A DNA stretch of 64,000 nucleotides from Tepidisphaera sp. (lineage in GTDB: Bacteria > Planctomycetota > Phycisphaerae > Phycisphaerales > UBA1924), in contig CP051526.1 of the NCBI GenBank assembly GCA_050916045.1, positions 2,848,001 to 2,912,000 on the forward strand. The letters run 5' to 3'. The stretch's first letter is position 1; every line of letters begins with the position of its first letter. The position numbers and the translations under genes were made by a program. Below, one piece after another: positions 29,475-38,425 of this stretch. The notes under the pieces are model-generated. The model searched no databases. It had not been told where the DNA came from and saw only the letters and a list, made by a program, of their open reading frames with translations.

Positions 29475-30158
29475 ATGGCCCGCTCAGGCGAACATTACAT
29501 GCCCCGGCCCGATGGCGATTTCGCGGCGTGGGCGAATCATTACTACGACGCGGTGGAGAAGTGGTGGTCGGTCAACGGGTTTGACGAGTCCGAGTTGAAG
29601 CCGCTCAAGGATGCCCTCGCGCTGTGGGCGGCGGCATATCCCGCGCACGTCGCGGCCCAGCAGCGGGCCGAAGGCGCGCGGCAGGCCAAGGACGCGGCCC
29701 GCGCGGCGCTGGAGAAGCAAGTCCGGCCCGTGACCAACTTCGTGCAGGGGTACCCCAAGACGACCAACGCCGACCGCGCCGAGATGGGGATCACGGTGCG
29801 GGACACTTCGCCGACGCCCGCCCCCGCGCCGTCGTCGCGCCCGCTCGCGCTGGTCGAGAGCGGGCAGCGGCTCACGCACCAACTGCGGCTGGTGGATGAG
29901 TCCACGCCGACCCGCCGCGCGAGGCCCAAAGGCGTCCAGCGCGCCGAGGTCTTCGTCGCGCTCACGCCGCCGGGCAGCCCCGCGCCCGCGAACCCGAGTG
30001 ACTACCGCTACATCGGCAGCGTCACACGCGGCGAAACCACGCTGAGTTTCGAGTCGGACAAGGGCGGGATGCAGGCCCACTACCTCTCGCGCTGGGTGAG
30101 CACGAGCGGGGCGACCGGGCCGTGGAGCGAGACGGCGAGCGCGACGGTGGCGGCCTAG
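29475..30158 (+). CDS. Uncharacterised protein: N-terminal helical bundle + C-terminal fibronectin-III-like domain
   Basis: GGAG at 29463, ATG 29475. YMPRPDGDFAAWA, an Ala-rich helical region, LGIT-like MGITVRD, a Pro linker, and a beta region ending Y..RWVS..G..GPWSE..SATVAA. No signal peptide. Confidence 0.85.
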   Translation: MARSGEHYMPRPDGDFAAWANHYYDAVEKWWSVNGFDESELKPLKDALALWAAAYPAHVAAQQRAEGARQAKDAARAALEKQVRPVTNFVQGYPKTTNADRAEMGITVRDTSPTPAPAPSSRPLALVESGQRLTHQLRLVDESTPTRRARPKGVQRAEVFVALTPPGSPAPANPSDYRYIGSVTRGETTLSFESDKGGMQAHYLSRWVSTSGATGPWSETASATVAA

Positions 30159-30170
30159 GACGGTGCACCC

Positions 30171-30662
30171 GTGAGTACAGTTGTTCGGAGGTGCAGCGTG
30201 TCGACTGGCCCGAGCATTCAGAGCGTGGTGGACGAGCTCGCGATGCGGGGGATCAACCTGCCGGAGGGGCGGGTCTTTCTTGATCGCTTTGGCGACTCGC
30301 CGGAGCTTTCGCGCTCGCTTATCGCGCTCATCCGTGGCGGCGGCAAGCGCGCGGGGGCGAGCCTGCTGTGGAGCCACGAGCACGAGGGCGATCCGGTGCC
30401 GGCAGTGGGTGACATCGGGATTGTGCTCGACGACGCCGACGAGCCCGCGCTGGTGACGCGGGTGACGAGCGTCGATGTGTGCCCGTTTGATCAGGTCACG
30501 CCAGAGTTTGCCGCTCTTGAGGGCGAGGGGGATCTCTCGCTTTCGTGGTGGCGAAATGCCCACTGGCTCTTCTTCTCTCGCGAGTGCGCGGCCATCGGCC
30601 GCGCGCCCGACCAATCAATGCCCGTGGTGTGTGCGGCGTTCGAAGTGCTGCAGGTGCTGTAG
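30171..30662 (+). CDS. ASCH-domain protein (YhfF-like)
   Basis: FGDSPEL..L..LIRGGGKRA.ASL, P.VGD..IVLD, F.QV..EFA..EGEGD.SL..WR..H..FF. Confidence 0.9.
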   Translation: MSTVVRRCSVSTGPSIQSVVDELAMRGINLPEGRVFLDRFGDSPELSRSLIALIRGGGKRAGASLLWSHEHEGDPVPAVGDIGIVLDDADEPALVTRVTSVDVCPFDQVTPEFAALEGEGDLSLSWWRNAHWLFFSRECAAIGRAPDQSMPVVCAAFEVLQVL

Positions 30663-30752
30663 ACCGCAAGTCAAACGGCGACGATCTGCCCGCGCACCTC
30701 GCACGATCCCGCTTTGCCATCATCTTCCGGTCGGTTCGGCCGAACGCCTTCA

Positions 30753-30872
30753 CGCGCCGAGTTCAAGGCGGGCGAGGGCGGCAAAACCGCCGTCTACATG
30801 GCCCGCTGGGTCAACACACGCGGCGAAAAGGGTCCGTGGTCGGAGGTCACGACGGCGACGGTGGCGGCTTAG
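30753..30872 (+). repeat. Orphan 3'-end fragment (39 codons + stop) of a paralog of the 29475 gene
   Basis: [39 protein letters not shown]; 111/120 nt identical to 34092-34211 (counted by hand). Confidence 0.92.
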
Positions 30873-32182
30873 TTCTCCGCTGTCGCGTTGAAGGTCCACT
30901 CCGGGAACGGGTCGTCCATCCGCTTCCACTTCGCGGGGCCGAGGTTCATTTCGTCGTCGGTGAGGAGGCACGAATCGAGCAACAGGTGTTGCTCAGCGCG
31001 GTTGAGGCCAACGCCGATCATCACGATCTCCTGCCGCCGGTCGCCCCACGGCTCCTGCCAGTTCTTCTCGATCCACGCGCGGGTCTCGCTCGCGGCGTCA
31101 TCGCCGCTGGCATCTTCACCGCCGGGCCACTTGTCCTTGGGCGCGGCCGCCCACCACCGGCCCATCGGTTCCAGGCGAAACGAGCCGCCCGCCTGCTGCC
31201 ACAATCCGGCAAAGTCCTGCTTGGTGGCGAGCCAGCAGAACCCCTTCGAGCGCACGGTCTTCAGGAAGCCGCCGGAGATCAGGTCGTGCAGCCGCTGCGG
31301 GTGGAAGGGGCGGCGGGCGCGGTAGACGAACGAGCCGATGCCGTACTCCTCGGTCTCGGGAGTGTGTTCCTTGTTCAACTCGGCGAGCCATGCGGGGCTG
31401 CCCGATGCGGACTCGACATCGAAGCGGCCAGTATTCAGCACTTCGGCGAGCGGCAAGTGGCTATTGGTGGTGCGCAATATCTTGGCCTTGGGGTTGAGCG
31501 CGCGGATCGTGGCCTCGGTCTTGTTGATGCGGGCCTCGGGCGCGAGGTCGCACTTATTGAGCAGGATCACATCGGCAAACTCGACCTGATCGGTCAGCAG
31601 GTCGGCGATGGAGCGCTCGTCCCCGTCGCCCGCTTCCATCTTGAGATCCATCAGGTCCAGTTCGCTGTCGAAGTTGTCGAGAAACGTTGAGGCGTCCACG
31701 ACCGTGACCATCGTGTCGAGCCGCGAGAGCGTGCCCAGCGAGCGGCCCTCCTCGTCCTCGAAGGTAAAGGTCTGCGCGACCGGCAGCGGCTCGGAGATGC
31801 CGGTGGATTCGATGAGGAGATAGTCGAAGCGCTTCTCGCGGGCCAGGCGCGAGACTTCCTTGAGCAGGTCCTCGCGGAGGGTGCAGCAGATGCACCCGTT
31901 GGTCATCTCCACCATCTGCTCATCGACGCGATCGAGCACGACCTCGCCGACCTTGCCGCCGGTCTTGACCAGTTCGGCATCGATGTTGATCTCGCTCATG
32001 TCGTTGACGATGACCGCGACCTTCAAGCCCTCGCGGTTGCGCAGGATGTGGTTGAGCAGCGTGGTCTTGCCCGAGCCAAGGAAACCCGAAAGGACGGTGA
32101 CGGGGAGGCGGCGGTCGGTGGTGTCGGTCGTGCCCGCGATCATGTTGGCGGCGGTCTGGATCATGGTCTTGATGGTGTTCAT
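30869..32182 (-). CDS. COG0523/CobW-family (ZigA/YciC-like) zinc metallochaperone GTPase
   Basis: [70 protein letters not shown]. Confidence 0.96.
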   Translation of the reverse strand: MNTIKTMIQTAANMIAGTTDTTDRRLPVTVLSGFLGSGKTTLLNHILRNREGLKVAVIVNDMSEINIDAELVKTGGKVGEVVLDRVDEQMVEMTNGCICCTLREDLLKEVSRLAREKRFDYLLIESTGISEPLPVAQTFTFEDEEGRSLGTLSRLDTMVTVVDASTFLDNFDSELDLMDLKMEAGDGDERSIADLLTDQVEFADVILLNKCDLAPEARINKTEATIRALNPKAKILRTTNSHLPLAEVLNTGRFDVESASGSPAWLAELNKEHTPETEEYGIGSFVYRARRPFHPQRLHDLISGGFLKTVRSKGFCWLATKQDFAGLWQQAGGSFRLEPMGRWWAAAPKDKWPGGEDASGDDAASETRAWIEKNWQEPWGDRRQEIVMIGVGLNRAEQHLLLDSCLLTDDEMNLGPAKWKRMDDPFPEWTFNATAEN

Positions 32183-32200
32183 GCGGGGGTTCTCTCTTCT

Positions 32201-33148
32201 TCAGCGGGGCGATGCGGGCGCGGCGGTCGGACGTGATGCAGCTGATTTGTCGTCGGCGTCTTTTCGGTGGCGGACGGCTCTGGATTGACGGGCATCCGCA
32301 TCGGACAACGCCTTAACGTGCCGCAGTGGATCAGAAGCAGCGGCAATATGCAGAGCCGCCCCGCGGTATGCTGCGAGGATTTCTGCTGCGCGGAGCCGAA
32401 TCGCGCGGTCTTCCTCTCGCTCTATGTGCCCCAGCGGCACGGCCCAGGTGAACTGGCCGTCCTTGCCCGAGGCGGTTGGGATGTGATAGAACTCGCGGTC
32501 CTTACCGGGACCGACTTCGCCGCCGGTGGCCTTAGCACGCTCGTTGGCTTCAACAAAGAAGTCAATCGCGTAGTTGGGGTAGCCAAAGAGCAGGCCGTAG
32601 GCACGCCAGCGGTCGGCCTTGGGCAGTCGGTCCACCACGGCGACGACCTCCGCCGGATGCGTGCATGGCGTGATACCCAGCGGCGACCAGAACGCGGCTT
32701 CTCGCTCGATCATCGCTTTGAGTGCGTCGCGATGAACGATGTACGCTTCGATGTGCCGCTTGCCGTCGTGGACGGTGGCGAAGGTCTGCACATCCGCGTA
32801 ATAGGTGGCACTTCGCAACGGCGCGAGGGCTCGCCGCACGCGCGCGATCTCTGCGGTGTCGGGTGCCGCAAGGTCAACTCTACCATGCCAAAAGCCGGTG
32901 CTGAGCGGCTTGAGGCCATCGACCAGCGTGTACAACGCCTCACGATCCAGAGCCTTGAGCAGCAGTTCACGGAACTGGTCACGCTCGTTGGCGGTGGTGA
33001 GGGGCGCATCGCGGTCGGCTGTGCGGGCGGTGTTGGTGGCGCAGCCGCCGGAGAAGAACAAAGCAAGCGCCACGACCATCGCGGTGGCGAGGATCGTGTG
33101 TTGGCGTGTGGAACTCGAAATGGATTGGAACTTGCTCGTGGACTTCAT
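32201..33148 (-). CDS. Hypothetical lipoprotein
   Basis: Hydrophobic leader with lipobox-like SGGC; the ATG at 33148 overlaps the zinc-ribbon gene stop; LFGYP motif. Confidence 0.7.
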   Translation of the reverse strand: MKSTSKFQSISSSTRQHTILATAMVVALALFFSGGCATNTARTADRDAPLTTANERDQFRELLLKALDREALYTLVDGLKPLSTGFWHGRVDLAAPDTAEIARVRRALAPLRSATYYADVQTFATVHDGKRHIEAYIVHRDALKAMIEREAAFWSPLGITPCTHPAEVVAVVDRLPKADRWRAYGLLFGYPNYAIDFFVEANERAKATGGEVGPGKDREFYHIPTASGKDGQFTWAVPLGHIEREEDRAIRLRAAEILAAYRGAALHIAAASDPLRHVKALSDADARQSRAVRHRKDADDKSAASRPTAAPASPR

Positions 33149-33396
33149 CCGCCGCACCCCGCCTCGCCGCAACAACTCCCGTGGCTGTGCCCACCTGCAC
33201 CGTCGCTGCCGCGCCGTGTCCCCAGCAGCATGGCGGGTGAGATGACGCGCTCGACAGGGCTGTTGGCGGGTGTCGTACCCTTGTCGATGCCCGCTGAGGA
33301 GCACAGCTCGCCCCACGTACGCAGCGTCACGGCCATCGGGTGGCTGGTCTCGACGATCCGGCGGTTGGCGGGGCAGTGGTAGTCGTAGCGGGGCAT
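33145..33396 (-). CDS. FmdB-like zinc-ribbon protein with a His/Cys-rich tail
   Basis: MPRYDYHC..VETSH..TWGELC..VER.IS; tail HSHGSCCGEAGCGG. Confidence 0.85.
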   Translation of the reverse strand: MPRYDYHCPANRRIVETSHPMAVTLRTWGELCSSAGIDKGTTPANSPVERVISPAMLLGTRRGSDGAGGHSHGSCCGEAGCGG

Positions 33397-33415
33397 GGGG
33401 AATGATCCGGCGGGA

Positions 33416-33439
33416 CTAATGCGAACGCGGTATCATTAG
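33416..33439. promoter_or_regulatory. Candidate Fur/Zur-family operator
   Basis: Inverted repeat CTAATG-N12-CATTAG in the 79-bp divergent gap between the Fur-family gene and the zinc-ribbon/COG0523 operon. Confidence 0.65.
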
Positions 33440-33475
33440 CAGTAAAGTCCGCCAAGTCCAGGTCGGAGCATCATC

Positions 33476-33898
33476 ATGGAACGACAGACCAAACAGAGAC
33501 ACGCGATCGAAACCGCCATTCGCGAAGGCGGGCGGCCCTTGCTCCCCGCCGAGTTGGTCACGCTGGCCCAGGAAACGGTCCCCGGCATCAACATCGCCAC
33601 GGTCTACCGCTGCGTCAAGGCACTCGCCGAGGAGGGCGTGATCCGAGCGGTCGAACTGTCCGGTGAGCCCGCTCGCTACGAGCGTGCCGACCTGCACCAC
33701 CATCACCACTTCCGTTGCGACGAGTGCGAGCGTGTCTTTGACGTTCCCGGGTGCCGCGGCGGTGTAGAGTCCAATGTTCCCGATGGCTTCAGTGTGCGCG
33801 CCCATGAAGTGGTGCTGTTTGGACGGTGCGCGGAGTGCGAGCGACCCTCACGTAAACGCACTCGCTCCGCGACGACAGCACGCCGAAGTTCGCGCTGA
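33476..33898 (+). CDS. Fur-family metalloregulator (probably Zur-like)
   Basis: TKQR.AI, IATVYR, HHHHFRCDEC, CAEC. Confidence 0.93.
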   Translation: MERQTKQRHAIETAIREGGRPLLPAELVTLAQETVPGINIATVYRCVKALAEEGVIRAVELSGEPARYERADLHHHHHFRCDECERVFDVPGCRGGVESNVPDGFSVRAHEVVLFGRCAECERPSRKRTRSATTARRSSR

Positions 33899-33962
33899 CT
33901 CCAGCACCGTGTGCGCGTGCAAAGGGGGGCAAGCGTCGGCGTCAAGCATGACCTCTGTCCAT

Positions 33963-34211
33963 ACCCGCCGCGCGAAGCCCGCGGGCGTGCTCGGGGCCGA
34001 GGTGTGGGTGAAACTCGTCGATGCGGACACACCCGCGCCGACCGACCCCGCCGCGCTCACGTTCCTGACCATGACGACCCGCCCAAGTTTCCGCGCCGAG
34101 TTCAAGGCGGGCGAAGGCGGCAAAACCGCCGTCTCCATGGCCCGCTGGTTCAACACACGCGGCGAAAAGGGGCCGTGGTCGGAGGTCACCACGGCGACGG
34201 TGGCAGCATGA
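33963..34211 (+). pseudogene. Longer orphan 3' fragment of a paralog of the 29475 gene (an in-frame ATG at 33948 could give 87 aa)
   Basis: [47 protein letters not shown] aligns with TRRARPKGVQRAEVFVAL..PAPANP..SRWVSTSGATGPWSETASATVAA*. Confidence 0.88.
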
Positions 34212-34236
34212 CGCCTTGATACGCCGTCCGCAGGAC

Positions 34237-34254
34237 CGACGGTGGCGGCCTAGG
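34237..34254 (+). repeat. Exact 18-bp direct repeat of the end of the 29475 gene (att-like)
   Basis: CGACGGTGGCGGCCTAGG at both 30142-30159 and 34237-34254. Confidence 0.85.
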
Positions 34255-34306
34255 GCAACAACTACCGCGCGGATGGCCGGGCCGCGGAGTGCCGGCGAGC
34301 GCGGCG

Positions 34307-35047
34307 TTAATCATCGTCGTCTGCTTTCGTGCCTTCCTTGCCGCCCGACTCCTTACCGCCCTCGTTCTCGTTCTCGCCCAGTTGCAGCACCGTGCCGAGG
34401 AGCGGAAGCGTTGTGGTTTGCGTGGCGGGGTTGTAGTTGCGGATGAGGCCGAAGGCCCAGGCTCCGGCAATCGTGAGAAACACCACCGCGATGATCGGCT
34501 TGGCCGAGGTGATCGCGTCGGACTGCTCGGCGTGCTTCTTGCCGTGGATCATGCTCAGCGTGATGTTCTCGCGGTGGCGAATGGTGTGCAGCGCGACGCC
34601 CAGCACGTGCGCGACCGCGACACCAACCGTGACCCATGCGAGGATCTCATGGATCTCCTTCACACCCTCGTTGCCCTGGCCCATCATGATGCCGGTGACG
34701 GCCATCGCGAGCACCAGCACGAGCAGCGCGAAGATCGCCAGCGCCGATCCGGGGTTGTGGCCGATGTAGCGCTTGCCGCCGCCGACGAGCGTGCCCTTCA
34801 TGTACTCGATCACCGCGGCGGGCCCGAAGATGAAGGTGCCAAAGCGGGCGTAGCGCGTACCGGCGATGCCCCAGATGACGCGGAGGCAGACCATGAGAGC
34901 GATGGTCAGCCCGATGATCGCGTGGTACGGAAAGAGCGGGCTGTCTTCGCCAAGCGCGAGCGCGATGATGGCGGCCGCGATGAAGCCGCCCGAGAGCAGC
35001 CAGTGGAAGAAGCGGGTGGGAAGATCCCAAATGAGGACGGAGTTCAT
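34307..35047 (-). CDS. Cytochrome b (Ni/Fe-hydrogenase-type b subunit family)
   Basis: IWDLPTRFFHW, YH..IG, R.IWG..GT.YARF, GHNP, IHE, AHV.GV..H..RENI..SMI.G.K. Confidence 0.92.
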   Translation of the reverse strand: MNSVLIWDLPTRFFHWLLSGGFIAAAIIALALGEDSPLFPYHAIIGLTIALMVCLRVIWGIAGTRYARFGTFIFGPAAVIEYMKGTLVGGGKRYIGHNPGSALAIFALLVLVLAMAVTGIMMGQGNEGVKEIHEILAWVTVGVAVAHVLGVALHTIRHRENITLSMIHGKKHAEQSDAITSAKPIIAVVFLTIAGAWAFGLIRNYNPATQTTTLPLLGTVLQLGENENEGGKESGGKEGTKADDDD

Positions 35048-35351
35048 AGGAGCCTCCTTGGGCAGCCCCGATGCGGAGCGGCCTATGCGATTCCGCTCGG
35101 GACGCAAACACGCCCGAGTGCCACACCATGCGTCCCGAAAGCCACGACCCCAGTCATCCTCGTCAACCCGGCACGCTGAGGCTTGGGCGAGAATAGAAGA
35201 CCAATGAATCCATTGTAGCGCAGTACCCGACACTTCCGCAAACATTTGAAGCAAATCAGCGCCGACCCGCCGCGCCGCCGCCCAAGTGCTGCGGCTCGCA
35301 ATAGCGGAAGTTTACCTACTAGCCTTTCCGTGACGTCCGTTACGATTCTTC

Positions 35352-37316
35352 ATGACAACACCGCTGCCCGCCATGCCGCAGTCACAGGTCGCGGCGTTTG
35401 TCGCTTCGCGGGGCATGCTTATCATCGCCGGTATTGCGCTCATCGGCATCGCGGCACATCTGGTGCTTCGGTTTGCGGTGCGTGCGGACTCGCTCACGCA
35501 GGACATCCCGCTTTGGATGGTGCTTGGCTTTGGCGGCGTGCCTCTGGTGTACCAGTTGCTCCGCAAGGTGCTCAAACTTCAGTTTGGTGCCGACCTGCTC
35601 GCGGGGCTTTCGATCGTCACGGCGGTCCTTCTTCACGAGTATCTCGCGGGCGCACTGGTCGTCCTCATGCTCTCGGGGGGCGAGGCGCTCGAGAGTTACG
35701 CGGTGCAAAGCGCATCGTCGGTCCTGCGGGCGTTGGCGAAACGCATGCCGTCGATCGCACACAAACGCACCGGCGCGGCAGTTCTCGATGTACCGCTGAG
35801 TGAAGTCGCCATCGGCGACACGCTCACGATCTTCCCGCACGACATCTGCCCCGTCGACGGCGTCGTCACCGAAGGCCGCGGCGCGATGGACGAGTCGTTT
35901 CTCACCGGCGAGCCCTTCCAGATGTCCAAGACGCCGGGGTCGACCGTCATCTCCGGCGCGATCAACGGCGAGTCGGCCCTGACCATCCGCGCGACGCGCC
36001 CCGCCGCAGACTCGCGGTACGCGAAGATCATGCAGGTCATGCTGCGGGCCGAGGAGAATAAGCCGCACATGCGCCGCTTGGCAGATCGCCTCGGCGCATG
36101 GTACACGCCGCTGGCGGTGCTGATCGCGATCATCGCGTGGATCGCGAGCGGCGAGTCAGGCCGGTTTCTCGCGGTGCTGGTCGTAGCCACACCCTGCCCG
36201 CTCCTCATCGCGATCCCGGTGGCGATTATCGGGGCGATCTCGCTTTGCGCCCGCCGCGGCATCATCGTGAAGAACCCCGCCGTGCTCGAGACCATCGCGA
36301 CCTGCACGACAGCGATCTTTGACAAGACGGGGACGCTGACCTACGGACGCCCGCGACTAACGGATCAGGTGATCGCCCCCGGAAACGACTCGGGTCATGA
36401 CGCCAACCATGTACTGGGCCTTGTGGCGAGCTTGGAGCGGTACTCGAAGCACCCGCTCGCCCATGCGATCCTCGAGGCGGCCAAGACAGCAGGACTGACG
36501 CTGCACGACGCCACCGAGATCAGTGAGCCGCCCGGCGAAGGCATGCGCGGGACTGTCGATGGGCACGGCGTGCGCATCACCAGCCGCGGATCCCTCGCGA
36601 GAAAGCCAGTCGCGGGCTCCGATACGCTCCCCGCGCACGCCGGCGGGCTCGAGTGCTTTGTCGTCATCGACGACCGCTATGCCGCCACCTACCGCTTCCG
36701 CGACGAGCCTCGCACCGAGGGCGTCTCGTTCATCAAGCATCTGATGCCGCGGCACGGCTTTCAGCGGCTCATGATCGTCTCGGGCGACCGCGAATCAGAG
36801 GTGCGGTACCTCGCCGAGCAGGTCGGTATCACCGAGGTCTTTGCGGAGAAGACGCCCGAGGAGAAGGTGACGATCGTCAAGGCCGAGGCCGCCAAGGCCC
36901 GCACGCTCTACGTCGGCGACGGCATCAACGATGCCCCGGCGCTCATGTCGGCCACAGTCGGCATCGCCATCGGCCAGAACAGCGACATCACCACCGAGTC
37001 CGCGGGCGTCGTCATCATGGACAGCTCCCTGGAGAAGGTGGACGAGTTCATGCACATCAGCCGGCGCATGCGGCGCATCGCACTCCAGAGCGCCATTGGC
37101 GGCATGGCGCTGAGCGTGGTCGGCATGGCAATGGCGGCCGGGGGCCTTCTGGCCCCCGTCGCCGGAGCGGTCGCACAAGAAATCATCGACGTGCTCGCAA
37201 TCCTCAACGCCCTGCGAGCCGCAATGAAGCCCGGGCAACTGACCGATCTGCCCCAGACCGCAAGCTCCGCGGCGATGCCGGCCGAGTCGTCCACGGCACC
37301 GGATGCCGCTTCGTAA
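35352..37316 (+). CDS. Heavy-metal P1B-type ATPase (P1B-5-like)
   Basis: [41 protein letters not shown]. Confidence 0.95.
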   Translation: MTTPLPAMPQSQVAAFVASRGMLIIAGIALIGIAAHLVLRFAVRADSLTQDIPLWMVLGFGGVPLVYQLLRKVLKLQFGADLLAGLSIVTAVLLHEYLAGALVVLMLSGGEALESYAVQSASSVLRALAKRMPSIAHKRTGAAVLDVPLSEVAIGDTLTIFPHDICPVDGVVTEGRGAMDESFLTGEPFQMSKTPGSTVISGAINGESALTIRATRPAADSRYAKIMQVMLRAEENKPHMRRLADRLGAWYTPLAVLIAIIAWIASGESGRFLAVLVVATPCPLLIAIPVAIIGAISLCARRGIIVKNPAVLETIATCTTAIFDKTGTLTYGRPRLTDQVIAPGNDSGHDANHVLGLVASLERYSKHPLAHAILEAAKTAGLTLHDATEISEPPGEGMRGTVDGHGVRITSRGSLARKPVAGSDTLPAHAGGLECFVVIDDRYAATYRFRDEPRTEGVSFIKHLMPRHGFQRLMIVSGDRESEVRYLAEQVGITEVFAEKTPEEKVTIVKAEAAKARTLYVGDGINDAPALMSATVGIAIGQNSDITTESAGVVIMDSSLEKVDEFMHISRRMRRIALQSAIGGMALSVVGMAMAAGGLLAPVAGAVAQEIIDVLAILNALRAAMKPGQLTDLPQTASSAAMPAESSTAPDAAS

Positions 37317-37320
37317 CGGG

Positions 37321-37608
37321 CTAGGCCTTCGTGCTTGTCGCCGCCGAAAGCTCCGCTTCGGCCTGACACCAGTCGCTGTTGGCGTTGCCCGCACCGCCGT
37401 TGCGGGCCTGCGAGATCTCGTAAGCACGTGCGCGAATGTGCTCGGCAGTCGGTTGGCACCCGCACGCATCCGCGCCGGGCTTGCAGGCCTTGGGCTTGCT
37501 CGCCTCAGACACTGCGGGAGACGATGGCTGGCGAGCCTGCGAGGGCTGGACCGCGCTGGAGGGGTTTTGCGGCTGATGCTGGTGAGACTGAGTGTGACTG
37601 GACATCAT
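37321..37608 (-). CDS. DUF2934-domain protein
   Basis: EHIRARAYEI..RNG..G....DW.QAE.EL. Confidence 0.85.
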   Translation of the reverse strand: MMSSHTQSHQHQPQNPSSAVQPSQARQPSSPAVSEASKPKACKPGADACGCQPTAEHIRARAYEISQARNGGAGNANSDWCQAEAELSAATSTKA

Positions 37609-37699
37609 GTTCTCTTTTCATGTGGAGGGCAGGGTTGCCCGGTGTACAAGCGGCGAGTTGCTCCGGCGACACCGCCGGCACGCCACTGTTGGATCGACT

Positions 37700-38353
37700 T
37701 CAACGGAAGGGCAAAGCGAGCCCGCCCCCGATGGGTGCACCCCGGGAGACGGTCTTCGAAGCATCGGAGACGTGGTGGAGATGCTCGGCCAAGAGCCAGA
37801 CGTGCAGCTTGCAGGTAAGGACGAGCTCGGACGCTACCAGCACGGCCTCGTGTGAGAGGCCGCCTCGTCGGAGTCCACGTTCCGGCTGCGTCAGCACGGC
37901 AATGGCTTGCAGAGCAATGGTCTCGTGAGCGTTCAGGAGTCGGTGCACTTGCACGTCCAGCGTCTCCGCACCGTGCGGCGGGCGCGGGATGCTCGACCTG
38001 GCCGAGATACGGCCCGCCATCACGGGTGCGTCAGCACCAATCGCGCGGACGAGACCCGCAAGCAACTCCACCAGCCGCACCTGCTCAACGTGATGCCTCT
38101 GGCAGATGAGCTCAAAGAGCCTCGCGTGCGGCCCAGACGCCTCCCGAACTTGCTTGGCGTACAGGTCGCGGATCGCCATCGTGTCCGCAAGCAGCTGCAC
38201 GAAGTCCCTCTGCGAGGCATGCAGAGCGGACTGCTCAGCCGCGATCGCAAGCCGCAGAGCTATCGCTGCATCCCTCGTCGTGACACTTTCATCATCGGGG
38301 GCGTGTACGCGCGCCCCCTTTACCCTGGACAGCAGTCGTGTTGACGTGATCAT
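37700..38353 (-). CDS. Degenerate Dps-like (ferritin-fold) protein
   Basis: QLLADTMAIRDLY.K...ASGP, IPRPP.G.E, RLL.AHE.I and L.VW.LA.H align with the Dps at 20230, but the HW and D..AE ferroxidase residues are replaced. Confidence 0.75.
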   Translation of the reverse strand: MITSTRLLSRVKGARVHAPDDESVTTRDAAIALRLAIAAEQSALHASQRDFVQLLADTMAIRDLYAKQVREASGPHARLFELICQRHHVEQVRLVELLAGLVRAIGADAPVMAGRISARSSIPRPPHGAETLDVQVHRLLNAHETIALQAIAVLTQPERGLRRGGLSHEAVLVASELVLTCKLHVWLLAEHLHHVSDASKTVSRGAPIGGGLALPFR

Positions 38354-38425
38354 GGAGAGACCTCCGGAGATGCGCGGCGACGTCCGACACGGAACCGCTC
38401 GGTCGCCACTCGTTGCGAAAGCCAA

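Noticed and set aside
30753..34211. Diversity-generating retroelement TR/VR pair
   Set aside because: The 9 mismatches are not confined to adenines of one copy and are mostly synonymous; no reverse transcriptase is present.
30142..34254. Classical integron or prophage
   Set aside because: No tyrosine/serine recombinase, attC-type palindromes or phage genes were recognised.
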